Shown: positions 30,596 to 41,217, numbered from the stretch's first letter. The stretch is 64,000 bases of DNA from an uncultured delta proteobacterium (GCA_963789395.1 CAWBKP010000022.1:64001-128000); one strand, 5' to 3'. Translations and numbers: made by a program. Notes: generated from the sequence alone by a model not told the origin.

Positions 30596-33500
30596 ATGGC
30601 TGCATGGTCGGCTGAACCGGTTGCAACATCTCCGATGGATTGTTCCGGATACGCACTTGCTGTGATTGTCCGGACCCAGGGAATTCGACAGACAATGCTG
30701 AAAGAAGCACTGACATCGATATCCCGTCAATCGGATTCCTGTCTGGCGGTAGTGGTGGTTCATGCCGGAACCGATATGCTGGAACCGGTTGAATCGGTAT
30801 GCCGCGAGATTCACGGCCTCTCCTATGCGCTGATTCATGCAGACCGGATTGAAAACAAGCGAGGATACCCCCTGAATGTCGGATTGCAATACGCCCGCAC
30901 TGCTTCCTGCGGATTCGAGGCTATTGCTTTTCTCGACGATGATGACATTCTGTATTCAGATTTTTCCGCCAGGATGATCCAAGCCATGAGGGAAACCGGT
31001 GCGGACGTAATCTGTGCAGCCAGTAACCGCAGCGTTCCGGGTCAGGCAGTGGAAAAAGGGTATCGGCCGATTTCGTTTCTGAATCTCTTTGTTCGGAATT
31101 TTATCCCCATTAACAGTTTTATCATCCGGCTGGCGGCGTTAGTAAAAACCCCGGTCTTTTTCGATGAATCTCTGGATGTCGTTGAAGACTGGCATTTTAT
31201 GCTGCAATTGCTTCAGAATGGCTTTCGCTTCGATGCCATCATGGATACCCTTTCAGAACACCGGATCATTTCCGATGGAAACAAAATCGTAAAGGATAAT
31301 CCCGAGATATGGGAGCAGGCTTACAGCCGGATTCATACCTATATCCGCGGCAGTTCATTTCTGTTGAACGGTCTGATGCTTCATTGCCTGATCGAAGAGT
31401 TAACAAATAATAAGATGGATCTTCAAAGACAGTGTGAAAAACAGGAAAAAGACCTGATGATGAAAGAAGAACAGGAGATCGCTTTAAAAACTCAAATCCA
31501 TCAGAAGGATATGCAGTTGCAGGAATCTGAACGAAAAATTACTTCTATCGAACAGATTCTGTCGGAGAAGGAATGTTTTCTACAGGAAATTTTTGCTTCA
31601 AAAGGGTGGTGCTGGCTTACCCGGTACCGGGATATGAAACAACGTCTGGACATTGAACCGCTGCGGTGGATAATAAAGGGTATTGCTTCAGGTGTTTTTT
31701 TCTCAAAACAAATTTGTTTAAGTGGATTGCGATGGCTTTATCACCGGCTTCCTTTGACAGAATCCGCCAGTTACGGCGTGAAATCTTTTTTTTATCAGTG
31801 GGTTGGATTCCTGTTTCAAAGCACCATATCCTATCAGATATGGCGGAATGCCAGAGGTGAAGTGCGTCAACTCCCGTCATTTATGAGCCTGTCCGGCGGT
31901 ATCCAGACCATTGATCCGGAAGAGGTGCTATGCTTCCCGCAACCCCGGAACCCGGATATTTCAGTTGTCGTTCCTCTCTATCACCGAACGGACAGTCAGC
32001 TCACATGCCTTAAGTCTCTTTGCAGTATTTGCACTGAATATGAATATGAGGTCCTCCTGCTGGATTCTCTGCCGGAATTGGAAAGCCGGGCGCTTCTGGC
32101 CAGGATCAAGGGGGCCAGAGTGGTTCCGGCAGGTCAGGGCATGTCCATGACTGACTTGTGGAATCTCGGGGCAGACATGGCAAGGGGCAAATATGTTGCT
32201 TTTCTGGCTGGGGGTCTCTTGCCTTTGTCCGGCTGGCTGGATGAGATGGTCCGAGCCTTCGGAGAGCATGCTGACGTCGGCTTGGTCGGATCTCAGATCA
32301 ATCTCCCTGATGGAATTATCTGGGAGGCGGGAGGAGGCGTGGGCGAGGGGGGGGCGTGCTGGCATTTTGGAAGTGGTGTGAATTCATTTGATCCCGAGTT
32401 CAGCTATCTGCGGGAGGTGGGTTTTTGTTCGGCGTTGTCTTTTATGATTCCGAGAGATCTTTTTGTGCAGGTTGGGGGAATTTCAAACAATGCCCGTGGA
32501 AATTTGATTCAGGCCGGAGTGCTTTTATCTGCGGCAGTCCGCTTGGCAGGCCGGAAAGTTCTCTATAATCCCTTGTCGAAAACCGTTATTTTTTCCAGGC
32601 CTGAAGAAAATCCTTGGATAAATATCAGAGGGCATTGCCGGGTCAACCGACAGCATGTCGATCAAAAGAGTGTACAAACAGCCCAATCAAGTTGCCAGGA
32701 TTTCGTTTCAGCCGGTAAAGTGCTGTTTATTGATGTCAGAACGCCCACGCCGGACCAGGATTCCGGTTCGCTGGATATTGTTTCCTATTTCAATATCTTT
32801 CAAACCCTTGGCCTTGAGATTACGTTTATTCCGGCAGCGGATCTTCAATTTTTGGAAAAATATACTCCCGATTTGCAGCGGATGGGAGTGCGATGTCTTT
32901 ATGCGCCGTTTGTTCGCGGGATTTCCGGTTATCTTAAGTCTCATGGTCGGGAATATGATCTGGTTCTACTTTATAAGGTGCATTGTGCCGCATGTATTTT
33001 GGACTTGGTCAGGCGATACTGTCCAAAAGCCAAGATCATTTTTGATACGGTGGATCTCCATTTTGTTCGAGAGCAGAGGCAGGCTGTGATTGAAGGCTCT
33101 CAGGAACTTCAGGAAAATGCAGAAAAAACAAAACTTCTGGAGTTGTCGGTAATCCGGAAGACCGACTGCACCATCGTACTAAGTGCTGCGGAACGAGAGA
33201 TTCTTCTTAAGGAGCCCGATGTCGCTGGTGAAAAAATTGCTGTAATACCCCTGATCCGAAAGATTCCGGGACGGGGAAATTCTTTTTCTGCCAGAAAGGA
33301 CATATTGTTCGTGGGGGGGTTCGAGCACCGTGCCAATGTGGATGCCGTGCTCTCTTTTGTCCGCCTTGTCTGGCCGTTGATCAAGAAAAGCCTGCCGAAT
33401 ATTGTATTCTATATCGTCGGAAGTAAACCGCCACAAGAAATATTGGATCTGGCCGGAGAGGATGTGATTGTTACGGGGTATCTTTCTGATATTTCGTCCT

Positions 33501-33829
33501 ATTTCAATGACTGCCGGCTTTCCGTGGCGCCGCTTCGATACGGGGCCGGCTTGAAGGGAAAGGTCGCTACCAGCTTCAGTTACGGTCTGCCTTGCGTGGC
33601 ATCTTCCGTTGCAGTAGAAGGCTTCGGCCTCAAACCGGGAGAAGATATCCTGGTGGCTGACAAACCTGAGGAATTTGCTGCGGCCGTAATTCGTCTCTAT
33701 GGGAATGAAGCCCTGTGGAACAGGTTGTCCGATAATGGGCTTGACTTCATGAAACAGCATTTTTCTTATGCAGCCGGCCGGAAGAGGCTTGAAAGGTTGC
33801 TGCGGGAACTTGGCGTGCTGAAAGGATGA
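30596..33829 (+). CDS. Multidomain glycosyltransferase GT2 - coiled coil - GT2-like - GT4
   Basis: VIVRT, FLDDDD, EDW; heptad region ending SKGW; second degenerate GT2; TPDQDSGS, DTVDLHFVRE, FVGGFEH..NVD, APLRYGAGLKGK. Confidence 0.9.
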   Translation: MAAWSAEPVATSPMDCSGYALAVIVRTQGIRQTMLKEALTSISRQSDSCLAVVVVHAGTDMLEPVESVCREIHGLSYALIHADRIENKRGYPLNVGLQYARTASCGFEAIAFLDDDDILYSDFSARMIQAMRETGADVICAASNRSVPGQAVEKGYRPISFLNLFVRNFIPINSFIIRLAALVKTPVFFDESLDVVEDWHFMLQLLQNGFRFDAIMDTLSEHRIISDGNKIVKDNPEIWEQAYSRIHTYIRGSSFLLNGLMLHCLIEELTNNKMDLQRQCEKQEKDLMMKEEQEIALKTQIHQKDMQLQESERKITSIEQILSEKECFLQEIFASKGWCWLTRYRDMKQRLDIEPLRWIIKGIASGVFFSKQICLSGLRWLYHRLPLTESASYGVKSFFYQWVGFLFQSTISYQIWRNARGEVRQLPSFMSLSGGIQTIDPEEVLCFPQPRNPDISVVVPLYHRTDSQLTCLKSLCSICTEYEYEVLLLDSLPELESRALLARIKGARVVPAGQGMSMTDLWNLGADMARGKYVAFLAGGLLPLSGWLDEMVRAFGEHADVGLVGSQINLPDGIIWEAGGGVGEGGACWHFGSGVNSFDPEFSYLREVGFCSALSFMIPRDLFVQVGGISNNARGNLIQAGVLLSAAVRLAGRKVLYNPLSKTVIFSRPEENPWINIRGHCRVNRQHVDQKSVQTAQSSCQDFVSAGKVLFIDVRTPTPDQDSGSLDIVSYFNIFQTLGLEITFIPAADLQFLEKYTPDLQRMGVRCLYAPFVRGISGYLKSHGREYDLVLLYKVHCAACILDLVRRYCPKAKIIFDTVDLHFVREQRQAVIEGSQELQENAEKTKLLELSVIRKTDCTIVLSAAEREILLKEPDVAGEKIAVIPLIRKIPGRGNSFSARKDILFVGGFEHRANVDAVLSFVRLVWPLIKKSLPNIVFYIVGSKPPQEILDLAGEDVIVTGYLSDISSYFNDCRLSVAPLRYGAGLKGKVATSFSYGLPCVASSVAVEGFGLKPGEDILVADKPEEFAAAVIRLYGNEALWNRLSDNGLDFMKQHFSYAAGRKRLERLLRELGVLKG

Positions 33830-33995
33830 TTGCTTTCACTGCTTGCCATTGCAAAATAGGCCGCATTGGGCTTATGTCCTTGACAGCATCCGCGACTGTT
33901 GTTAAACAAAAACGCTCAAAAAGCGATTTCATTTCGTCACCACCCAATTAAATTCATAATTTGCCAGGCGGTTATAAAAGCGAAAATCCGAGACC

Positions 33996-35423
33996 ATGCA
34001 GATACCTCAAGATGTGCCAGTCTTGTCCCCAATGGAATCCCAAGAGTCAGTCACACCAATGTCTGTGAATTCAGATAACGCCATTCAGAAGGCGGAAGCT
34101 GATTTTCGGGTGTCGGTAGTGATTCCATTATACAACCACGAGAAATATATTGAAGCCGCGATAGAGAGTGTCCTGTCGCAAACACTGCGTCCGGCTGAAA
34201 TCATTATCATTGACGATGGCTCAGTCGATGGTTCAGCGGGAAAAGTGCGCCGATTATGCAAAGATCATCCTGAAATCATTTTCTGGTCATGGCCCAATCA
34301 AGGTGCTCACCACACCTTGAATGCAGCGATTCTTCGGGCGACTGGGGATTTTGTGGCCATTCTGAACTCGGACGATTGCTACCACCCGCAACGCCTGGCT
34401 GCCTGTTTGGCCGTTGTTCAGTCCGACCCATCCATTGATATCGTAGTGACGGGGATGTCGTTTTTGGATGGTCAGGGCAACGATGTGGAAAACCCCTGGT
34501 ACGAGAACGCATTGTCATTCTTTAAGCAGGTGGGGGATTTATCTCTGGGGCTTTTCCATGCGAACTTTATTGTGACGACTTCAAATCTCTTTATCAGACG
34601 ATCCGTATTTGATTGGATAGGTTGCTTTTCTCCGTTGCGGTACGCTCATGATCTGGAGTTTTGCTTACGGCTTATCTTGGGGAAAAGGCATATCCATTTT
34701 CTGGATCGCCCGCTTTTGTTTTATCGGTTGCATGAAGCCAATACGATAGTTGAAAATAAAGCCAAAGTGGACGTCGAGTGTGCTGCGATATTGGCTTTTT
34801 TCCTTCATCGACAAGGACTTGCAATCGGAACGGATGAAACGTCTGGTCTCTGGTTAGAACCTTATGTAGAGGTTTTGGGGCAGCAGGAGCTCCTGGAGAT
34901 GGTTGAGAAGTTCCTTGCAATTCTTGAAGGACGATATCATAGAAAGAATGGCGCTGTTACCGATTCCCTGCCGTCGGATTTTCTGAATTTTCTATCCCGG
35001 CTTGGGGCGGACTTGGTGATGCATGATGCCAATGGCCTTTTTTGGGATCAGTTCGTCTCGGAAAGAAATGCTTATTTTCAACGAAAGGCAATCGCCGGCG
35101 GTGATCCAAAGCTTGTTTCCGAATTAAAGGCGAATATACAGTGGCTTACCGAGCAATGCGACTCCTGGAAGAAAACGGCGGAGAATCATGAGGAGCATTG
35201 CAAAACGTTGAATCATGAGATTGCGGAAATGCGTGTTGGCAACGCCTGGTTGACCCGGCAGTGCGATGCCTGGGAAAGAGAAGCAAAAACATTAAGTGCT
35301 GAGTTTGTAAAATGCTTAACCGCTTTACAACGTCTGCAGCGAAGCCGGATTTACAGGTTGTTGAACTTTGTAAAAATACTGAAGATAGATTACGTTCCTT
35401 CAAACTCCACTCCAGCTGATTGA
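33996..35423 (+). CDS. GT2 glycosyltransferase with C-terminal coiled coil
   Basis: VSVVIPLYNHEKYI, IDDGS, ILNSDD, HDLEF, YRLH; C-terminal heptads with a WLT.QCD.W repeat. Confidence 0.9.
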   Translation: MQIPQDVPVLSPMESQESVTPMSVNSDNAIQKAEADFRVSVVIPLYNHEKYIEAAIESVLSQTLRPAEIIIIDDGSVDGSAGKVRRLCKDHPEIIFWSWPNQGAHHTLNAAILRATGDFVAILNSDDCYHPQRLAACLAVVQSDPSIDIVVTGMSFLDGQGNDVENPWYENALSFFKQVGDLSLGLFHANFIVTTSNLFIRRSVFDWIGCFSPLRYAHDLEFCLRLILGKRHIHFLDRPLLFYRLHEANTIVENKAKVDVECAAILAFFLHRQGLAIGTDETSGLWLEPYVEVLGQQELLEMVEKFLAILEGRYHRKNGAVTDSLPSDFLNFLSRLGADLVMHDANGLFWDQFVSERNAYFQRKAIAGGDPKLVSELKANIQWLTEQCDSWKKTAENHEEHCKTLNHEIAEMRVGNAWLTRQCDAWEREAKTLSAEFVKCLTALQRLQRSRIYRLLNFVKILKIDYVPSNSTPAD

Positions 35424-35462
35424 ATTCATTATCCTTATATTCTGTTCTGAAAGGAGCAGCTG

Positions 35463-36341
35463 ATGACATTTCGCCAACAACGGTTTCGAAGGTTATTTCA
35501 GCCAGAGAGTTTCAGAGAATTCCGAAGTCACTATGAGGGCATCAATCCGGACCGTCCTTTAGAAACTGCAGGAATCCGTTATTCCCAAACCGATCCTCTT
35601 TTTCAGGCTTTTGTAAAAGAAGCTGCGGAATCCGAGGCGTTCATTGACGAATTTCTGCCTCAGCTTGGTATGTTCCTGCAAGGGCCATTCCCGTTGCCTG
35701 GTCGTCGTACCACCCGCAGTGCCTGGGACTGCCGCGGCAAATCGGCCGCCTATCGGATCTGCGGTATCGACGCCAAAAGCGTTGGTGGCAAGCGCACACT
35801 CGATATCGGCTGCAATGCCGGTTATGACACCTTTTACATGAATGCGCTTGGAGCAGCCGAGTCGGTTGGCATAGAACCCAATCCGTTTTACCTGCATGCA
35901 ATGTTTCTAGATGCCGTTTATGACCGCCCTGGAGTATCTTTTTTCAATGCGGGTTGGGAAGATCTGCATCGAACCTGTCTCGGGGATTTCGATTGGGTCA
36001 GCTGTCTGGGTTTGATCTATCACATCCGGGAGCCCATGCACCTGCTGGAAAAGATCGCGTCTGTAATGTGTCCGGGTTCCAGGCTGTTGATGGAAACCCA
36101 TGTTCTTTCTGAATCCTCGCTTCAGGCTTATTTCATTGAGGATGCGTTCTGGGGAGATGTTACGTATTGGTGGATTTTCGGGGACGAGTGTCTGATGGGA
36201 ATGTTGCGTTCGAGCGGATTCAAGGAAGTGAAATTGATATTGAAAGCGGATTGCGACAGCCGCAACCCTGCCAATCCCCGCGTGACAATAGAAGGCCATC
36301 CTGCCGGCGCACGTGCTTGGATCACTGCGACAAGGTCATAG
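35463..36341 (+). CDS. SAM-dependent methyltransferase (CmoB/DUF1698-like)
   Basis: GKRTLDIGCNAGY, GIEP, FDWVSCLGLIYH, WW. Confidence 0.8.
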   Translation: MTFRQQRFRRLFQPESFREFRSHYEGINPDRPLETAGIRYSQTDPLFQAFVKEAAESEAFIDEFLPQLGMFLQGPFPLPGRRTTRSAWDCRGKSAAYRICGIDAKSVGGKRTLDIGCNAGYDTFYMNALGAAESVGIEPNPFYLHAMFLDAVYDRPGVSFFNAGWEDLHRTCLGDFDWVSCLGLIYHIREPMHLLEKIASVMCPGSRLLMETHVLSESSLQAYFIEDAFWGDVTYWWIFGDECLMGMLRSSGFKEVKLILKADCDSRNPANPRVTIEGHPAGARAWITATRS

Positions 36342-36342
36342 C

Positions 36343-38610
36343 ATGATCAATCCTGAGCAACCTGATTACGCGAATACACCGGTCGCGCCGGGGCGACCGA
36401 GGTTTCCGTATCGTTCTGCCGAGGTAACCCCGACGCCGACGGTTTCGGTTATTACGCCTTACTACAACACAGACCGGGTCTTTCTGGAAACTGCCGAGTC
36501 TCTTCTCGGCCAGTCTTTCCAGGATTTCGAGTGGATTATTGTCGATGACGGCAGCAATGACAATGATTCATTGGCCAGGCTGCAGGCTACGCGGGAGTGT
36601 GATGTCCGCATCACGGTAATCGTTCAAGAAAATGGCGGTCCTGCAGCAGCTCGCAATACGGCGTTCAGACATTGCTCGGGGCGTTATATCTGCCTGCTCG
36701 ACAGTGACGATATGGTAGAGCCGACTTTCATTGAAAAATGCGTGTGGTTTCTCGAGTCTAACCCCGGCTTTGGATTTTGCAATACCTGGTCGGTGAATTT
36801 CGGGGATAATGAATTTCTCTGGCGTGTCGGTTTCGAACAAGCAAGTGCGCACCTTCGGGCCAACAGCGGCCCTCCCATTTCGGTTGTGCGCAGGGAGGCT
36901 TTCGAAGCTGGAGGCGGCTTCGACGAGTCGATACGCTTTGGCCATGAGGACTGGGATTTTTGGCTGTCGCTGGCTAAGGCCGGATACTGGGGGCATACGC
37001 TGCCGGAGTTTCAGGAGTGGTACAGAAAACGCTCCAGTGGGCGCTTCCATCAGGTGATGAATTCGAATTCAGTGCATCGGGATTTCGAGTCATTAATCGC
37101 GCGGAAATACGCGACACTGCAATCCAATTTCCCGGTACCCGCCATCAAGCCTTTGCAACCTTATGAGAACGTGCCTTGCGAAATCCCTTTTAAAAATCAG
37201 CTCGCCAGGCCGGAAAATATTCGAAGGATACTCTTTCTGGTGCCCTGGATGGTTACGGGTGGAGCCGACAGGGTCAACCTGGATTGGATTGCGGCATTGT
37301 CCCGTAATGGTTATCAGGTAACAGTCTGCGCGACGCTGAAGGCAGATCATAATTGGTATTCCGAATTTGCGAGACTGACGCCTGACATTTTTATCCTGCC
37401 GAATTTTTTACGCTGTGCAGACTATCCACGATTCCTGCGTTATCTGATCCATTCTCGCAGGATCGAAACGGTTTTGGTTACCGCCAGCACCTTCGGTTAC
37501 CTGCTCTTGCCGTTTTTACGGGCACAGTTCCCGGAGACGACATTTGTCGATCTGTGCCATGTCGAAGAGCCGCACTGGCTGAACGGTGGTCATCCGCGCT
37601 TCGGGGTAGGATACCAGGAGATGCTGGATCTGAACATCGTTACGACCTCGAAACTGCGGGATTCGATGGTAAGTCGCGGAGCCGATCCGGGACGAATCCA
37701 GGTGTGTTATAGCGGAATTGATATTTCAAAACTTGATAACAGTTCTTTGGCAAAAGAACAGGCACGTGATGCGCTGGGGCTTTCTGCAGACATTCCGGTT
37801 GTTGTGTTTGCGGGTCGAATATGTGAGCAGAAACGGCCGCTGCTATTGGCGGACATCCTGCAGGGACTTGCCTCCCGCAGGGCGAAATTCCAAGCGTTGG
37901 TCATCGGAGATGGCGAAATGCGGCCGGCACTCGAAAACAGGCTTAATGAAGCAAAGCTGATGTCCAGGGTGCGCATGATGGGAACTGTTGGACATAAAGA
38001 CTGGCTGCAGGCCTTGGCGGCTTCCGATGTTTTCCTGTTACCCTCCCGGTATGAAGGCATATCTGTGGCATTGTTGGAAGCCATGGGAATGGGAGTGGTG
38101 CCCGTCACCGCTGCCGTGGGAGGACAGAACGAATTATTTGATGCGGATTGCGGATTTCTGATTCCCTGCAGCGATAGTGAACTGGATGCGTATGTGGATG
38201 CCGTGTCCCGTCTGGTAAACGATATCCCGCTGCGGCAAGGCATGGGAAGGGCTGCCCGTGAGTGGGTTTTAGAAAAGTTCAGCCTGGATGCGAGTACGAC
38301 AGGTTTACTGGCTGCGCTCGAACTGGCGCACAAGCTGGCCGATACTCAGCCGCGCATATTGGTACCCCGGGGATTCGCGCAGGAATTGGCGACACTCGCC
38401 GTTGAATACACTCGGCTGAACGAGATGGTAGACTTTCTTTGGTGTCAGTGGACCGGACCTGGCGGGAAGCCTCTTGCATTCGGCTTTCTGCATAATTTGT
38501 TGGAGAGATCGTTATCCTTTGCAGGTTCAACACGCATTGGGGCAGTGCTGCTTCGCAGTCGCCGTCGCTTGATGGGTATGGTCCGAAGGCTGATCATCAA
38601 GCTGAGATAA
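36343..38610 (+). CDS. Bifunctional GT2-GT4 glycosyltransferase
   Basis: VSVITPYYN, LDSDD, HEDWDFW; GGADR, FAGR..QKRP, PSRYEG...LLEAM. Confidence 0.92.
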   Translation: MINPEQPDYANTPVAPGRPRFPYRSAEVTPTPTVSVITPYYNTDRVFLETAESLLGQSFQDFEWIIVDDGSNDNDSLARLQATRECDVRITVIVQENGGPAAARNTAFRHCSGRYICLLDSDDMVEPTFIEKCVWFLESNPGFGFCNTWSVNFGDNEFLWRVGFEQASAHLRANSGPPISVVRREAFEAGGGFDESIRFGHEDWDFWLSLAKAGYWGHTLPEFQEWYRKRSSGRFHQVMNSNSVHRDFESLIARKYATLQSNFPVPAIKPLQPYENVPCEIPFKNQLARPENIRRILFLVPWMVTGGADRVNLDWIAALSRNGYQVTVCATLKADHNWYSEFARLTPDIFILPNFLRCADYPRFLRYLIHSRRIETVLVTASTFGYLLLPFLRAQFPETTFVDLCHVEEPHWLNGGHPRFGVGYQEMLDLNIVTTSKLRDSMVSRGADPGRIQVCYSGIDISKLDNSSLAKEQARDALGLSADIPVVVFAGRICEQKRPLLLADILQGLASRRAKFQALVIGDGEMRPALENRLNEAKLMSRVRMMGTVGHKDWLQALAASDVFLLPSRYEGISVALLEAMGMGVVPVTAAVGGQNELFDADCGFLIPCSDSELDAYVDAVSRLVNDIPLRQGMGRAAREWVLEKFSLDASTTGLLAALELAHKLADTQPRILVPRGFAQELATLAVEYTRLNEMVDFLWCQWTGPGGKPLAFGFLHNLLERSLSFAGSTRIGAVLLRSRRRLMGMVRRLIIKLR

Positions 38611-38702
38611 CAGCAATATTCATCCGATCGGCGGCGCGTGGGTAAAGATTTTTTTGACCCTTCATCAGAAAACATTTTGGTTGCCATGAATTCTACACCC
38701 GT

Positions 38703-38719
38703 TAAGTTGAATCAACTTA
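38703..38719. promoter_or_regulatory. Perfect inverted repeat TAAGTTGA-A-TCAACTTA in an intergenic gap
   Basis: 8-bp arms with a 1-nt spacer; function unknown. Confidence 0.35.
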
Positions 38720-38863
38720 CCCCGTGGCTGCGATGGTCGCGGTTCCCCATTCTGGCGGACCGTTTGGTTTCAGCGCAAGCTTCACCAAGACATCCTTTTT
38801 TCTGCAAGGCGTTTTGTTGTCTTGACGCCATCACATGCTTCAAAATTGCTCCGCGCTGAAAGG

Positions 38864-39826
38864 ATGGTTTCTTCCATGCAGTGTCTGAAGAAGTTTGTTT
38901 GTCATTGGAAGCATCGTGCTTTTTATCGCTTTTTCAGAGCTGAAAACATCATATCGGGCCAGCCTGCTCCGATAATAAATACCAGGATTGCATCATTTGG
39001 CGAATATCTCTGTTATGTTCGATCCATGGCCGGTGAATATGAAAGCCGAAATCTTAAGGAGATGGCATTACTGGAGCGGCAGGAATTTTTTTTTGTACCA
39101 GGGTTCTGTTTTGTGTGCGGCCAACCGGTTTCATTTCTGGCGGATTACAGCAATGGATTCGAGAATGCGGATGGCCGCCGGATACCTAATTGGCGTGAAT
39201 GCCTGATTTGTCCGGGATGCCGGTTAAACAACCGAATGCGGGCCGCGATTCACCTCTTCCATGAACTGTGTCGTCCTCAACCCGATTGCGCGCTTTATAT
39301 CACGGAGCAGACAACACCAATGTACAGGTGGTTCAAAAGAACTTTTTCCAATGTTGTGGGCAGTGAATTTTTAACAGCGAACTGTTCTATCGGATCTAAA
39401 TATATAAAGGGAATCCGACATGAAGACCTGACCAGGCTTTCCTTTGCGGATGCACAATTCGATTTTGTACTTTCCTTCGATGTCTTTGAACATATTCCTG
39501 ATTACAGGAAGGCTTTTCGCGAATGCCGGCGGGTGCTAAAAAAAGGCGGAGTCTTGTTCTTCACCATACCGTTTGATCTGAATTCAGCCGGAAACGTCAT
39601 CCGGGCCGAAATACAGCCTGACGGATCCACACACCATCTCCTGCCGCCGGAGTTCCATGGAGATCCGCTGCAGGAAAGTGGTTGTCTGTGTTTTCGTCAT
39701 TTCGGATGGGAGTGCCTGGATGAATTGAAGGCTGATGGATTTTCTGATGCTGCCGGTTATTTTTACTGGTCGCGGGAATATGGATACCTGGGCGGAGATC
39801 AGTTTGTTTTTTTCTCCAGGGCCTGA
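38864..39826 (+). CDS. Methyltransferase type 11 with Cys-pair N-terminus
   Basis: CFVC...NWRE..ICPGC..NNRMR; HEDLT.LSF.D..FD, DVFEH, LKKGG, EFHGDP. Confidence 0.85.
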   Translation: MVSSMQCLKKFVCHWKHRAFYRFFRAENIISGQPAPIINTRIASFGEYLCYVRSMAGEYESRNLKEMALLERQEFFFVPGFCFVCGQPVSFLADYSNGFENADGRRIPNWRECLICPGCRLNNRMRAAIHLFHELCRPQPDCALYITEQTTPMYRWFKRTFSNVVGSEFLTANCSIGSKYIKGIRHEDLTRLSFADAQFDFVLSFDVFEHIPDYRKAFRECRRVLKKGGVLFFTIPFDLNSAGNVIRAEIQPDGSTHHLLPPEFHGDPLQESGCLCFRHFGWECLDELKADGFSDAAGYFYWSREYGYLGGDQFVFFSRA

Positions 39827-39931
39827 GGTGGAAAATTGACTATCGGCATTTCGACGTTTTCTGTTGTCGTCTCCGTGTAAGATCATTTGATGGGGGGTTG
39901 AAATTATACAATTCATTCGACAAGTGGCCCG

Positions 39932-41179
39932 ATGAACATCCTTTTCGTAAGCAATCTCTATCCCCCAAATGTGGTGGGGGGATATGAGCGGCTGTGCTAT
40001 GATATGGCATCCGCTCTATCTGTCAGAAACCATAGAATATCCGTTCTGACAAGCAACTTCGGATGCCAGTCGGCAGAATATCCCGGTCAGGAAGTTTATC
40101 GCACGTTACGGCTTCTGGCTGATGCAAGCAATATTTACAGTGCGTATTCACCTACTGAATCTCAAAGAAATGACATAAATGCACATAATATAGCGGTTCT
40201 GGAGCAAAAGTTGGCAGAGATTCGTCCGGATGTCCTCTTTGTCTGGAATCTGTTTTTTTTGGATCCTTCTTTCCTTCATGCCATCCAGGCCGCGGGTTGC
40301 CGAACCGTCTTTCTTTTAACGGACAACTGGCTGATCTTGTTTTTAAGGCCCGGGTTCTGGTATAGATATTATATCGGGGACGTTCTTTCTTCCCGTTCCT
40401 GGACAGCTTCAATTCGTGTGGCGCTTGGACGGCTGCTGACCCGTATCCGCCTAAAAAAACTGCCTATCCATGCCGAGGCGATATTCCCGAGCTTTTTCAT
40501 GCAGGCGTTTTACGAGCAGGCAGGATTCGTAATCCAAAGAACCGCTGTAATCCCCCATGGGGTCAGGCTCACGCTGCATGAGGAAGGTGAGTACCGGGAT
40601 CGGAGGAAACTGGTTGAGAACGGTTGGATTCGACTCCTTTTTGCCGGCAGGATCGTTGAGATGAAGGGAGTGCACACGATCCTGGAAGCCCTGCCGGAAA
40701 TCATCCGGGGGCTGCCGGGTAGCAAGGTCCGGTTGATGGTGTTGGGGGAGGCCAGAGACCGGGAGTATAGGAAAAAGTTAGATGATATGATTCAGGGGAT
40801 GGACCTGGCCGGCGTGGTTGAATTCCATCCGGCGGTTCAAGAATCCGACCTGTTTGGAGTGTTTCATGCCCATGATATCTTTCTTTTTCCTTCCCTTTAT
40901 GAGCCTTTTTCCCTGACCTTGATACATGCCCTGGCATCCGGTATTCCCGTGGTGGCATCGGATGTGGGCGGTAACAAAGAGATCGTATTCCCGGGTCGAA
41001 CCGGGCTCTTATTCTCCAGGGGTGACGCTTTAAGCCTTGCCAAGGCAGTTCTGGATCTGGCAGGCAAACCGACCCTTCGCCAGGCGTTGGCGGTTGCGGC
41101 CAGAAAAGCGTCACGGGAATTCACTTTTCAGACAATGGTTCAACAGGTTGAGGCATATCTGGAAGTGCAGGGGTGTTGA
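39932..41179 (+). CDS. GT4 glycosyltransferase
   Basis: SNLYPP..GGYE, FAGR...KG, FPSLYEPF, PVVASDVGG. Confidence 0.92.
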   Translation: MNILFVSNLYPPNVVGGYERLCYDMASALSVRNHRISVLTSNFGCQSAEYPGQEVYRTLRLLADASNIYSAYSPTESQRNDINAHNIAVLEQKLAEIRPDVLFVWNLFFLDPSFLHAIQAAGCRTVFLLTDNWLILFLRPGFWYRYYIGDVLSSRSWTASIRVALGRLLTRIRLKKLPIHAEAIFPSFFMQAFYEQAGFVIQRTAVIPHGVRLTLHEEGEYRDRRKLVENGWIRLLFAGRIVEMKGVHTILEALPEIIRGLPGSKVRLMVLGEARDREYRKKLDDMIQGMDLAGVVEFHPAVQESDLFGVFHAHDIFLFPSLYEPFSLTLIHALASGIPVVASDVGGNKEIVFPGRTGLLFSRGDALSLAKAVLDLAGKPTLRQALAVAARKASREFTFQTMVQQVEAYLEVQGC

Positions 41180-41217
41180 TGTGAGAGTGAAACAGCAAGG
41201 ACGTTGTGATTGTGTTG

